Below, in pieces: positions 37,729 to 50,136 of a stretch of 64,000 nt of DNA (position 1 is its first letter; each line of letters starts with the position of its first letter). Made by a program: the position numbers and the translations under genes. The notes beneath the pieces were generated by a model. The model saw nothing but the letters and a program-made list of their open reading frames with translations. It was not told the origin of the DNA and did no database searches. Location of the stretch: positions 4,650,001-4,714,000 of the forward strand of contig NC_086384.1 in assembly GCF_036588685.1 (NCBI RefSeq), read 5' to 3'. This stretch comes from Mytilus trossulus. Taxonomy: Eukaryota.

Positions 37729-39579
37729 ATAACTAAAACATTTACATTTTAACTCTATTGTTAAAGTATAACAAAAATAAAACATCACATTGTCAGAACA
37801 AAGAAGTGATTGAGAAGTTTTAAATTGGAGGAATTGCTTTAAATTTACAATTTTAACTTACATAGGTTACCAAAGTAACAATTCTTTCAAGATAAACTGC
37901 ATGCTTGTATTTCTGAGTAGCAAATTAACTCATATTCCTCTAAATTTGTTTTGACAAAGCATTATTTTGTGAGAATGTTTTTATTTTGTTGTTTGAAAAC
38001 ATATCCCACATCATATCATGCCATATAAATGTTAATGAAACAATATTCAAAATAATGTTTTATCAAATTAAATTGCTTTTATAACTGATTTTGTGTTTTA
38101 ATTTTTTATTACCATATAAATGTACTCTTGTGCAATAAACCTCTTAATCTTTCAGACATTTTGTTTTGATTTAAATATGCCTTGATGGAAATGTTTGTTA
38201 TTGAATCTTTGAAAGAGGAAATAGCTAATGTAAGAATAAAAAGATGTGATATGATTGCCAAAGACAAAACTGTTCTCCTCCACCCAGTAGTAAACAAGCT
38301 GCTGATTTCTACAAATTATGTTTTTTCTGTTAATATCCACTTGAAGATGATTGTTGATCAAGGTCATGGTTATGAATCTATACTGTAAAAGTGTTGTTAT
38401 CATTTTCTAGCACTAATTACATACCATTGTTGGTGGACTTGAGAAGTGATTTATAACATGCTTTTTCCTCAATTCTCTATTAATAGATTAAGAAATTATT
38501 CAGAAACTTTATTTCCAACTTTTTCAGGCATAGTTATTGTAAGGTTATTGTCAAGCCTGGAACTTTTTGTTGAGCCTGCCATTTTTGTGGCAGAAAGCTC
38601 GACATAGGGATAGTGATCTGACAGCAGCGTTAGCTAACTTCTTAAAAGCTTTATATTTTAGAAGGTGAAAGACGTGGATGCCTCATGCTACAAAGTTTCC
38701 ATCAGTCACATGTCCAATGTCCTTGACCTCATTTTCATGGATTAGTGACCACTTGGAAAAAAAAGATTTTTCGTAATGTTAAATTCTCTCTAATTATAAG
38801 TAATAGGATAACTATATTTGGTATGTGCATACCTTGCAAGGTCCTCATGCCCGTCAGACAGTTTTCACTTGACCTTGACCTCATTTCATGGATCAGTGAC
38901 AAGGTTAAAATTTGGTGGTCAAGTCCATATCTCAGATACTATAAGCAATAGGTCTTGTATATTTGGTGTATGGAAGGAATGTAAGGTGTACATGTCCAAC
39001 TGGTACATGTAGGTGTATCTGACCTTGACCTTGTTTTCATTGATCAGTGGTTAAAGTTAAGTTTTTGTGTTTTGTTCTGTTTTTCTTATACTCTATGCCA
39101 TAGATCTACTATATTTGGTGTATGGAAAAAAGTAGAATCACAAAAATACTGAACTCAGAGGAAAATCAATTCGGAAAGTCCATAATCACATGGCAAAATC
39201 AAATAACAAAACGCATCAAAAACGAATGGACAAGAACTGTCATATTCCTGACTTAGTACATTATTCTATTATTTTATGATCTATGTCAGTCACACAGGCT
39301 TAAATTGACCTTGACCTCATTTTCACGGTTCATTGCTAGGTGTTAAGTATTTTTGTTTTGGTCTGTTTTTCTTAGTTTATAAGCAATAGATTAACTATAT
39401 TTGTTGTATGAAAGAATTGTTAGCTGTACAAGTTTGCTTGGCATGGTTCATCTGACCTTGACATCACTTTCATGGTTCATTGATCAATGTTTAGTTTTCT
39501 TGGTTAATGTTGAGTTTATGTGACAGTTGTAACAAAGCTTTATATTTAGGATTATCAACATGATGTCAATGATTAGTAA

Positions 39580-42500
39580 TAGTTAAGCAGCTTACCACAC
39601 AAATCATGCAAATGGTGATACAAGCATGAAACTTTGCAAGAACATGCCTTTAGGTGTATGTAATCATATTAGGGGGGTAGCCACGAAAAAAATTCATTCT
39701 ATCATGGCGGCCATCTTGGATTTTAGAAATGACGTCTTCACAGGGCAAAGACATCATATTTATGGCCGGTTTTGCTTGTATTGTATCCAAAATGTTTCAA
39801 AATGGAGTAAATCCTTGTTAAATAAGATAAAGTATCACTTTCGGTCAAATATAGGTCGATAATCCAATCCTGGTTTTAGGAATATCCCGAATATGACTGT
39901 TTTATAACCAGAATAATGTCAGTTGTTATATTCCACAAATCTTTGACTAATCTTTGATTGCTTCATAAGGTTCTATAGGTTATATGCCAATAGACGGCGC
40001 AATTTTATCATAGTAAACCTTTTTGAGAGTGTGTGTTCTCATTATTATAAGACGTGGCTCGGTACTTGTCTATCCATAGTTCATATTTTTAGTTACGAAG
40101 TTTAATTTGCAATTCTGATCGGATATTGATTTAGGTATCCTATCCTTATTATGAACACAATTCTATAATGATAATGTTGTTAGTACATACAATAACATAA
40201 TTAGAACAGTAATCTTGAAATTTATACAATTTCTAGAATTTTACCTGTGAGGTTTCTATATGTAGCGTAAAATTATTCATGTAACAGACACACACTCCTC
40301 GTGCACTTCTCTAATAGTTGATTAGTTTCACTTGGTTCTTGTTTGCTGTTGCATTTATTTATTTCTCAAATAATAGTTGCGTTATTGTTTTATAACTTCA
40401 TTGTTGATTACTTTTGTTTTTATAATAGTTACCATTTTTTTTATATGGCGAAAAGAATTCGCTTATCAGCTTCTTCAGCAAATAGTTTGGAAACTGATTG
40501 GAAACATGTTGTTTGTGTCAGGAGGTCACAACAGACCAATTGAAATCATCAGACGAAGGATATACAATGTTAGGCAAACATATCCCTCTCTTTCATGAAC
40601 TAAATGCCCTCCCTATCCCTCTTGATATTCGGAGATTAAACCACGGAGAGGGTATTCAAAGCACAATGAAAAAAGAAAATGCCAAGTACCATAATTTGTG
40701 TAGTAGGATAAAGTTCGATAACACTAAACTTGAGAGAGCCCAGAAACGCAATATGTCACCGATACCATCTAGAAGTTCTAGTGATTGTACGTCTCCTAAA
40801 CGTTTTAGGTGTACTCCTCGTTCTAAAGATCAACAACAAATTCCAGTCGAAAATGTGCACACATGTTTCATTTGTGATAAAGAGTCACCTTCATCTGTCT
40901 TAAGCATTACCGACCGTGCAAGGGCTGTATGACCAGTCAAGGTCGTTAAAAACTTCCATTTGTTAAGCAAGGCAATGACAATGAAACTAAACCAACGACT
41001 AGTGGATTGTGCAACAGCTCTTCGGGATAAACAACTGTTGGCAAAGCTGAGTAGTGGTGATGTTATAGCACAAGAGATGAAGTATCACCCGTCTTGTCTT
41101 GCAGCTGTATATAATAGAGAGAGATAAAAAAAAAAAAAGAGAGAGACAAACAGAGATCGAAAGCAGTTGCAAAAATGAGGAAACTTTAATGAAAGAAACT
41201 GCATTAGCTAAGCTGGTCACATACATTTTTGAAACTCAAAGAAACTCTGAAAAGTCGTTGTGTTTCGATTAGCAGACCTGGCAAACCTGTCCGAGGAAAG
41301 ATTGATACAGCTTGGTTCTTCTTCTGAACAGGTACATTCTACTCGACTCAAGGACAAGCCATTGCAAAAGATGCCAGAATTAGAAGTACACACAAAGAGC
41401 AGAGATGTACTTTTTATGTTTGAAAAAGATATAGGACCAGCTATAGCGTTTGCTTTTGATTATAATGACATCATGCATATGGCAAAGACGGCCGAAATGA
41501 TTCGCTGCCCATTAGCTACTTTTTCTGGATCCTTGGTCTCTGAAGATATCGATGATAGCATACCCCCTCCATTGTTACAGTTGGTGAAAATGATAGAAAA
41601 TGGACCTGATATCAAATCACGGTTAGACAAACGTTTCTACAAAGTCTGACTTAGCCTTGGTCAAACTTTTAATGTTCAATTATCACCCATGGCTGATCGT
41701 GAGACACCATTTTGTGTGTATCTTGGACTGTTACTCTTTGCAAATGAATACGGTGAAAACCAATTCGTTGTTATGTTCGGTGGATTACATATTGAGATGG
41801 CATGTTTTAAGGTTTTGGGTGATCTATTGCGGGATAGCGGTTGGATAGAGGCTTTATCAGAGGCATATGTTGCATCCTCTGGGATTGCAGAATCGTTCTT
41901 GTCAAGTTCTAATACTCCTAAAACTAGACTAGCACATAAAGTAACCGCATGTGTATTGTTTGATTTACTGATGTCTGCTTATGAATCTTCTAATAACGAA
42001 GATCCTAATGAATCAATAGAATATGACAATTTTATACAATGGTGTGAAGATAGAAAAGTAGATAGACCTCATTTTGAGTTTTGGTATTCGGTTCTTGAAA
42101 CTCAGCTATTGGTTTTTTCCTTCATTCGATCATTACGAGAAGCGGATTTGAGCTTTATAAACAAACGTTGTCTTCCTTGATCCCATACTTTTTTGGACTT
42201 GATCATATCAACTATGCTAGATGGCTTCCTATTCATCTTCATTAGAAACCAAAAAAACCCAGATATTTACATAGAATTTATTAAAGGGTATTTCACTGTT
42301 AAAAAATCAAATCGTGTTTTCTCAAACATGGCGATAGACCAAGTTCATGAACAGAATAACGCTATTGTTAAAGGTGATGGTGGTGCTGTAGGGCTGACCG
42401 AGGATCCCGCCGCTTTGACTGATAATTCAGTTCGAGGAATATTTGTCTAGAAGAAAGAACACAGATGATAGACATCATGACAATTCTATGTCTATGCTAA

Positions 42501-44625
42501 AAGATTTTATTGACAAAGTGAGAATTCTTGAGACTGCCATGAATAATTATGGAAATCCTTTTTTTTTTAGGATTCTGAAGATATTTACAAGATAGACTGT
42601 TAAGATATTGTACAAGCAGGTACAAGGAAACTGTCACAAATTAAACAAATTGGATGCAATCAGTATGCTGACTTTAGAAACAGACTGCAGAACACGGCAA
42701 GCATCTATCAGCCTATTAAGAAAAATAAGTTTCTGTTGTTCAGTCGCCAACCAAAGAAAAGTTCATATGAAACAAAAAGCAAGCTCGACCTCGCCCGATA
42801 AGACTGCAGTTTGTTTTCAAGGCTTTTCATGTCCTGTCAAAGCAGACAATGCGACTTGGAAGAGTTTTTCAGCCACGAAAATCAGAAATTTCCTCCATCT
42901 TTGTCTCAAAGTGGAAAAATCAATCTTGGCGTGAAATCACAGCTAATGAAAATCCTAGAAGCTAAGGGAAATTTACCAAAAAGGGAACTTGAGACAGACA
43001 TGGTAGTTGTTGATGGTGCAGCTATGGTCAATTCAAGACCACCGCGTGGAACATACACTTTTGATGAATATGCAAAAGATGTAATTTTGCCGTACATTAT
43101 CCACCTTGCTTCAAAACATACCAGAGTGGGTGTTATCTATGATATTAACATAGAAAACAGTCTTAAAGCACAAACACGTAAAGCGAGGGGAGCTGGATCC
43201 AGGAGGAAAGTTGTCGGTCCCAGTTAGACTCCGAAAGCTTGGTCAAGCTTTCTTCGAGTGGACGAAAACAAAACGGAATTGTTTTATTTCCTTGCCGACA
43301 AAATTTGCTCGATTCAATCTGACAAAATTATCTTTTTGACAAAAGTCGAAATTGTTATGACAAATTATGATGATGACCATGATGATCTCAGTCCGTGTAA
43401 TCATGAGGGAGCAGACACAAGGATATTTTTTCATATCAAAAGTGCCGCTGAAAAAGAATGTAAGTCTTCACTGATAATCAGCTCAGACACTAATGTAGTG
43501 GTTTTGGCGGTGTCTCTTTTCAAAACACTTCAAATAGAAAAACTTTGGGTTGCCTTTGGAAAAGGAAAAGACCTGAGATGGCTTCTGATTCACGGAATAA
43601 GTCATGCTCTTGGTCCTAAATCAGAAGCTTTGCCATTTTTTGATGCTTTTACTGGATGTGACACGGTCTCCGCTTTTCATGGGAAGGGGAAAAAATCGGC
43701 ATGGCAGACGTGGGAAATATTTGATGAGGTAACCGAGGTTTTTGAACGATTAAGTAAAAAAACCTGAATTGTTCAGTGACGCTGATATGGAATTGATAGA
43801 GGCATTTGTTGTGGTTATGTATGACAGAACTACGACAACATTTGACATCCACGAATCCAGACTTGAAGTGTTTGCACGCAAACAGAGACAGTATGATACC
43901 ATTCCACCATGGCACTAGAGCTGCGTGGCGATGTATGGGGACAGGCAGTCATACATGATCAACATCTACCTACTCCTGGTGATTTGGGATGGGTTAAGTA
44001 GAACGCAGATGGAATGTGGATTCCTAATTGGACACAATTAGCAGCAATTGCTGCATCTTGTCAGGAGTTTCACAAATGTGCCTGCAAAAAAACTTGTTCT
44101 GGTAGATGTAAGTGTTACAAAGCTGGCTTGACCTGTACAGCATTGTGTTCATGTAGCTGTTAAAACGGAATACATCGGAAAATATCGTAGATTATTACAC
44201 TGATCAATCCTCCAGTATATCTAACATAATTATCGATATACATACCAAACGGACATTTTTATCATATATCTATACCACTATTATTTCACTCGAGTGTACG
44301 AACTTTTCCGACCCAAACCGGAAGTGGTGATTTTTTTTTACAATTGTTGTCTGTTTGACATATTTTCATATCATTTTATTGTATTTAAAATATTTTTTAT
44401 GACATATATAGCGTTGAAAATGGTTAGGACAGTTTTTCAATGTCAAAGATTGAGCAAAATGATGTCAATTTTGAATTCAAGATGGCCGCCGTGAAAAAAT
44501 CGAAAACATGTTGGCTACCCCTCTAATATGATAAAGTACTTCCTAATGAACGTCTATGCCAAATCCCTTGCTTGTATCACAATTTGCATGATTTTGTCAA
44601 ATTTCGGTACTAAGCCGCCCCACTA
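39580..44625 (+). mobile_element. Academ superfamily DNA transposon (AcademX type), decayed
   Basis: 5'-TAG...CTA-3' termini; ~170-bp imperfect TIRs sharing AAATCATGCAAAT-x-GTGATACAAGCA, ATCATATTAG-x-GGGGTAGCCA and GGCGGCCATCTTG; 3-bp TSD TAA (39577-39579, 44626-44628); encodes transposase, XPG-like and Cys-rich fragments. Confidence 0.88.
40445..44163 (+). pseudogene. Academ transposase / XPG(FEN1)-like nuclease / Cys-rich polyprotein, disrupted
   Basis: Collinear fragments TDW..CLCQ, AKYH, GDVIAQEMKYH..CL, FGGLHIEMA, DQVHEQNNAIVKGDGGAVGLT, VVDG, HEGADTRI, SDTNVVVL, FTGCDTVSAFHGKGKKSAW (H3TH-like) and terminal CACKKTCSGRCKCYKAGLTCTALCSCSC*; many stops and frameshifts. Confidence 0.88.
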
Positions 44626-44973
44626 TAAAGAAGACAAGACATTTTAGTGTGTGCACTCTTGTTCTTTAAATGGGACAATATGCGTTATAGATTCTTCACA
44701 GGCGGCAATGTTAACATTTTTTTCTGTTGTTCAGGCCATATTGTAAACTTGGATATATATATGATGGCTCATTTGAAGCTGAAACACTTGCACATGTGTG
44801 GTGTGATTTTCGAGGTGTCAATTGTGATTCTTGTTCCCGTCAAATGCCCAACCCCTAAAAGATAGTGAAAAATGTCACTCACCTCGGGGAAATAATCCCA
44901 AAATTCTGACCATAAAAATTATAAAAAAATATGTCCTTTGTAATTATTTGTTCAGGTTTATTTTTTTATACCT

Positions 44974-45743
44974 TTTTATCTTACCTGGCCCGAAGGGCCA
45001 AGTGAGCTTTTGTCATCACTTTGTGTCTATCAACGTTAACTTTTTTGTCTTCTCTGTACCTATGTATTTGGTGATGAGAATAAAGATATATATATATATA
45101 TACAAAAATCTTCTCCTCTGAAACTTTAAAAATGTGTCCGGTGACCTGGCCAACCAACCACTTTTCCAAAATGGCCACCATGGCTAAAAATAGAACATAG
45201 GGGTAAAATGTAGATTTTGGCTTATATCTCTGAAACCAAAGCATTTAGAGCAAATTTTACAAGTTAACAATTTGTTTATCAGGTCAACCCCTATCTGCCC
45301 TGAAATTTTCAGATGAATCGGAGAACCTGTTGTTGGGTTGCCGCCCCTAAATTGGTAATTTTAAGGAAATTTAGGCGTTTTTGGTTGTTATCTTGAATAT
45401 TATTGAAGATAGAGATAAACTATGAACAGCAATAATGTTCAGCAAAGTAAGAGCTATAAATAAGTCAACTTGACCAAAGTGGTCAATTGACCCCTTAAGG
45501 AGTTATTGTCCTTTATAGTAATTTTTTTTAGAATTTTTTACAAAATATTTTCCTCTGTCATCTGGGACAATTTCATTATAGATAGAGATAATTGTAATCA
45601 GCAAGAATGTTCAGTAAAGTAAAACCTACAAACACATGTACATCATCAACACCAAAACACAATTTTGTCATGAATCCATGTGTCCTTGTTTAATATGCAC
45701 ATATGCCAAGGTGAGCGACACAGGCTCTTTAGAGCCACTAGTT
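44974..45743 (+). mobile_element. Helentron-associated element, family A, single-unit copy
   Basis: Same 5' hairpin module and 3' GGTGAGCGACACAGGCTCTTTAGAGCC end as 17188-19953. Confidence 0.85.
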
Positions 45744-46270
45744 TTACATCACATCAGCTCTGAGACTACTGTAACAGTCCAGACTAAAGTAAAGTATTTT
45801 CATAAACAAACATCGAATTATCTCACAGAATCACCTATCACATACTTTTTAGAATGACGAATGTGTGGATGACTAAATGAAGTTATCGCCTAATAGTATT
45901 TATTTATAAACTGACCGAAGTCTGGATTACTTTTATTTCTAAAAAAAAAATTAATATATATAACATAATTTTTGTTCACTGATCGATTGTGTATTTATAT
46001 ATAGAGAATGACGAATGAATGGATGATGTTTATTTGTCATATTGATAGCTTGATATTAGGGTCACCTTAATCAAGGCTGAATAGTCTCACCCTATTTCCC
46101 CTTAGTGACATGTAATGATTCGGACTGGTCATTGTTATTGAATCTTACAGATTTTAATTGGATAAAGTTATACAAATTTATTCATTAAGAAATAAGTCTT
46201 TCATGCCATGCTCTATGCTCATTTTAACATGGGTGATTTAACCATTGTATTCCCATATCATCAACCATCA

Positions 46271-47338
46271 TTACAGTAAAGTGCAGTAAGACGCCCAGTC
46301 GTGTGTAGACTCGCTTATTTCTGGTCTTTGGTCTAAAAAGTATTCCGACGGAGGATTGTGTAAAACTTGTTTCCATTTTGGATAACTTATTTCTGGATTT
46401 GATTTGACGTTGCTGAAATCATACTCCTTATATCCACACAACTCTTGAACTCCATCTGTTGCTGCAAAACCATACATTTTTTCCGGAAATACTATGTTTT
46501 TGGTTTGTTCACTCGGAGCACTTGATCCTTGAATATCAACACGGACGTCTTGTGATGGCCAATGAGAAATCATGGCAGCACTTTTGTACACAGCTTGTCT
46601 TTTCTCTAAATCGCTTGTATTAGCCCAACAAGCCGGTGTCATACAGACTAAAACCGTAAATCGCCAACGACCGGGATTTTTTCTACCCTTTACTGGCCTT
46701 GCATTGGCATGGATCAATCTAGAATCCCACACAACCATGCCACCTTTAGGAACGGCAACTCTTAGTAGTTCACATCCCTTAGATTTAAACCACTCTAAAT
46801 TATTTGCACTAATATTAAAAAAATTATGGCGGGCACTCTCTTCGGCAACTTTCTTATCACTGGCGTAGAATTCATCTAGAAATTTGTGTGATTTCTTTAG
46901 AACATAGAATGTCCAATCATCTTCCTCAGCCGCCTCCAGATAAACGCCTCCCTGATAAGCATGGAGTCCAAACTTCTCTGCACCTTGATCACAGTGGAGC
47001 CAATGCTTTCCCTCAACTGCAAATTCCTCCTCTCCTTCCTCTGGTGGCCGACCTATTGCCACAGTTTCAATACTGGATAATAATCTTGGGGTTTTCCATA
47101 TCTCTTCATACACTGGTTTAACAGCTAGCCGAACCTTCCATGTTGGTTCTAAGTTTCCTGCATTATAACCTCTTATTAGGGAATTTAAAGATTTGGGCCA
47201 CTCGCCTGGACCTCGGAATTGTTGTAGCCATGTTTTGTATTCTCCAATCCTTTTGTTGCACTCTTCCTCTGTCAGAACGTTCTCGATAACGACGAAACCG
47301 TTCTGAGCTAGCTCTGTTCTATGTCGATCAGTTAGCAT
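46271..47338 (-). CDS. Phytanoyl-CoA dioxygenase (PhyH)-like 2OG-Fe(II) dioxygenase, 355 aa, single coding exon, C-terminal CTLL
   Basis: N-terminal QNGFVVIENVL, HxD (LHCDQ), distal His in GGMVVWDSRLIHAN, downstream Arg in WRF; a polypyrimidine tract and AG directly precede the ATG. Confidence 0.88.
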   Translation of the reverse strand: MLTDRHRTELAQNGFVVIENVLTEEECNKRIGEYKTWLQQFRGPGEWPKSLNSLIRGYNAGNLEPTWKVRLAVKPVYEEIWKTPRLLSSIETVAIGRPPEEGEEEFAVEGKHWLHCDQGAEKFGLHAYQGGVYLEAAEEDDWTFYVLKKSHKFLDEFYASDKKVAEESARHNFFNISANNLEWFKSKGCELLRVAVPKGGMVVWDSRLIHANARPVKGRKNPGRWRFTVLVCMTPACWANTSDLEKRQAVYKSAAMISHWPSQDVRVDIQGSSAPSEQTKNIVFPEKMYGFAATDGVQELCGYKEYDFSNVKSNPEISYPKWKQVLHNPPSEYFLDQRPEISESTHDWASYCTLL

Positions 47339-48224
47339 CTATAGAAATAGAAAGAAAAATGAATCGGGTCAATGTCAATTTTTTTACAAAGTTTATCAAT
47401 ACACCTGTACCAAGTCAGAAATATGGCAGTTCTTGTCCATTCGTTTTTGATGTGTTTTGTCATTTCATTGTGCCATGTGATAAGAGACTTTTCGATTTGA
47501 TTTTCCTCTGAGTTCAGTATTTTTTGTGATTTTACTTTTTTTTTTATAAACGTTTGCAATTCTAACAATGTGTATTTGCACCGAAATGGATATGGTAACA
47601 CTAAATATTTTCTATCGTGCATAAAGGGAAAGTCTAAGAGTGAGCCACGTTCCTCTCCTCCAACCATAGGCTGCCTCTTACTTCATTTGCCAATAAAAAA
47701 AACTTTGCGTTATAAAACAAAGCTAGCAAAAGAAATAATTGTCGTAAAAAGTTATATGTCGAAGAGAACTGAAGAAATAAAGAAGTTAGAGTTTACCGTT
47801 TTTCTTGGTTGTAGTATTCTGTGTTTGCCATTTGATATGAATAGTCTTATATAGACGTCTATTTATTTTTATCGAACACAGTTTAGAAATTCCTCCGTGG
47901 GAAATTAAAAAGATATTCAGATTGAACTATAGACTGAGATAAGTACGTGACTTGTACGTACTATTACGTCCTCTTCCTTGTTTAGGTACAGGTGTTTTCA
48001 AAATTTAAAACATTTATGTCATTTATATATTTTTTATTATTTGAATGTCCTTTAATTTAATCAAATCAATCAAATCAAATAATTTTATTGGTGTAATTCC
48101 TATACAGAAATGATACCAGTCGACATTTACAAAATACAAATACAAATATAAACAAACAAACAAACAACAACATATTTTCTCAATGATAAGAGATACATCC
48201 GAGAGATACATATTTTACATATAC

Positions 48225-48456
48225 GAGGCCCCTCATGGGGGGGGGGGGGGTCCTAGTAATCACATAATCACAATTTTTTTGCCAATATAATCACATAATC
48301 ATTAAATATTTGCTTATCTTTAGTAATCAAATAATCATATACTAAAAATACAGTCCTAGGTAATTAAATAATCATGAAATATTTTGCTTAATAATCAAAT
48401 AATCATTAAAAAAACGGCCAAGTAATCACATAATCAAAAACCCCATGAGGGCCCTC
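48225..48456. mobile_element. GAG...CTC-ended MITE with internal AATCA repeats
   Basis: GAGGCCCCTCATGGGG / CCCCATGAGGGCCCTC; a MITE with similar GAG...CTC ends lies at 6046-6176. Confidence 0.75.
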
Positions 48457-48633
48457 ATTATTTGACTGTCCTTTAATTTAATCAAATCAAATAATTTTAA
48501 TTGGTGTAAATTCCTATACAGAAATGATACCAGTCGACATTTACAAAATACAAATATAAACAAACAAACAAACAACAACATATTTTCTCAATGATAAGAG
48601 ATACATATTTTATATACACATTCGATATCATAC

Positions 48634-48746
48634 CTTGAATAGATGATAATAATTTTCTTACAAACGTTGTTTTTCTTCTTCAACTAATTAATGGAGTAAT
48701 ATAAAAACTTCAGCCTGGATAGAATCGACCCGTGTATCAATTTATA
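48634..48746 (-). promoter_or_regulatory. Candidate TATA box and non-coding first exon of the PhyH-like gene
   Basis: Minus-strand TATAAA at 48746-48741; donor AAG|GTATGA after 48634. Confidence 0.45.
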
Positions 48747-49188
48747 AATAAATATTACCCAGACATTCGTCATTCTATAAATAAATACATGGTTTAATAT
48801 ATATAGATTTTAAATTCAATAAAAAGTCATACAGGCATTCGTCATTCGTTATCCATAAGTGTGTGAAAAGAGATTGTGTAAAGGAATACCAAGGTCCATT
48901 GAAAAAAAAACACTTTATGACGATATCATTGAACCAATCAGAACATGCAGAATAAAACTTTTTGCAGGGTTTTAGGAAATGATTTTTCTGTATATCCGTG
49001 TATTATTTGCAATTGAGTTTGAATAGAGCAAATGTTTATACAGAGCCAATGATTAAATAGATATTTTACCCAAAACTTTCTAGTGCTTACAATATTATAC
49101 GCAAATGAAAGATTGTAAAAATATGTCATTATGTCATGATTTTTAGATTCTATCAAAAAGTGAACATACTATCTACTTTCATTTTAGA

Positions 49189-49329
49189 ATTGAATGCTTC
49201 TTTTTGTAAATTTATTGGGGTGTAAAAGCGTAGACCGAAGCACATTTTGTATGAAGCGCTTCATTCTAAAAATGTACGCACGGTCAACGCCTTTATAACC
49301 CTATAAAGTTACAAAAAGAAGCATTCAAT
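49189..49329. repeat. ~140-bp imperfect palindrome, probably the hairpin arm of a non-autonomous element extending to ~49540
   Basis: ATTGAATGCTTCTTTTTGTAA...GAAGCGCTTC centre...TTACAAAAAGAAGCATTCAAT. Confidence 0.75.
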
Positions 49330-50092
49330 ACTTATAATTACATTTTTATAGCTAGGATCATGAAAATACGATTTTTTTCAAGTTTTATTTAATTCACCTG
49401 TGCACTTTATTGTGGGACCTCGTGCCATCATGAATGATAAGTTTTATTGTCTAGTGCAATTGCTTACGGAATAACATGTGATGTGCAGTTAGCCAATCAG
49501 AATAACGTATTATAATGAAACATACACCTAATGTAATTATTATGAGTTAAGAGACTAATCATTTTTGCGGTATCATTGATTCTTTATTTCTTACAGTTAT
49601 ATTGAAATCTACAACACACACACACATGTTGACACGAATGTTAAAAGTTCATAAATTCTATCTACACATCGGTCTCTAACACATCTTATTGTGGGATGTT
49701 CAACTTATAGTTTAAAAGACACATCGTCAAAAGTTTGAGAAACAAAATGATGTGCAAACATTCAAGTTCCGGAAACTTCACTAAATGGGGGTGGGTTGGA
49801 AGGTACCGGATCGGATGGCACATCTATTCGTTTGAAATATTTATTAAAATTATGACAAACTTTAACATAGATTTACCAACTGATGGCATGTTACGAAAAC
49901 TTGTAATATTTTTTGTGTGGGGGTAGGAGTGGGGGGGGGGGGGTGTCGTATCATATGAACGATGTTTTGGCTAAATTAAGAAAAATTACTAGATCAGTAT
50001 GGACACAACGGATGTTTCCGCCGGCTGTCAAATACTACGCGTAACATGTTATCATCTCAGAATCATCTAAAGTACCAGGATTATAATTTTAT

Positions 50093-50136
50093 ACGCCAGA
50101 CGCGCGTTTCGTCTTCATTAGACTCATCAGTGACGC
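50093..50136 (-). ncRNA. Minimal type I hammerhead ribozyme (Penelope/retrozyme type)
   Basis: Minus strand GCGUCA-CUGAUGA-GUCU(AAUGA)AGAC-GAAA-CGCGC-GUC/UGGCGU: complete core boxes, stem I GCGUCA:UGGCGU, stem II GUCU:AGAC, palindromic helix III ACGCGCGU. Confidence 0.85.

Larger units (their letters stand above)
38548..44663 (+). mobile_element. Helentron-associated element, family B, interrupted by a SINE-like fragment (~39126-39260) and by the Academ element
   Basis: Collinear with 22417-23521; its 3' end GATTAG-TAA-AGAAG...GTGTGCACTCTTGTT is split at the TAA. Confidence 0.85.

Noticed and set aside
38109-38403. Cluster of short ORFs after an acceptor-like TTTCAG
   Set aside because: All three frames after the AG stop within about 10 codons; no recognisable homology.
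46572-47121. Plus-strand ORFs of 98 and 77 aa
   Set aside because: Antisense shadows of the PhyH-like CDS.
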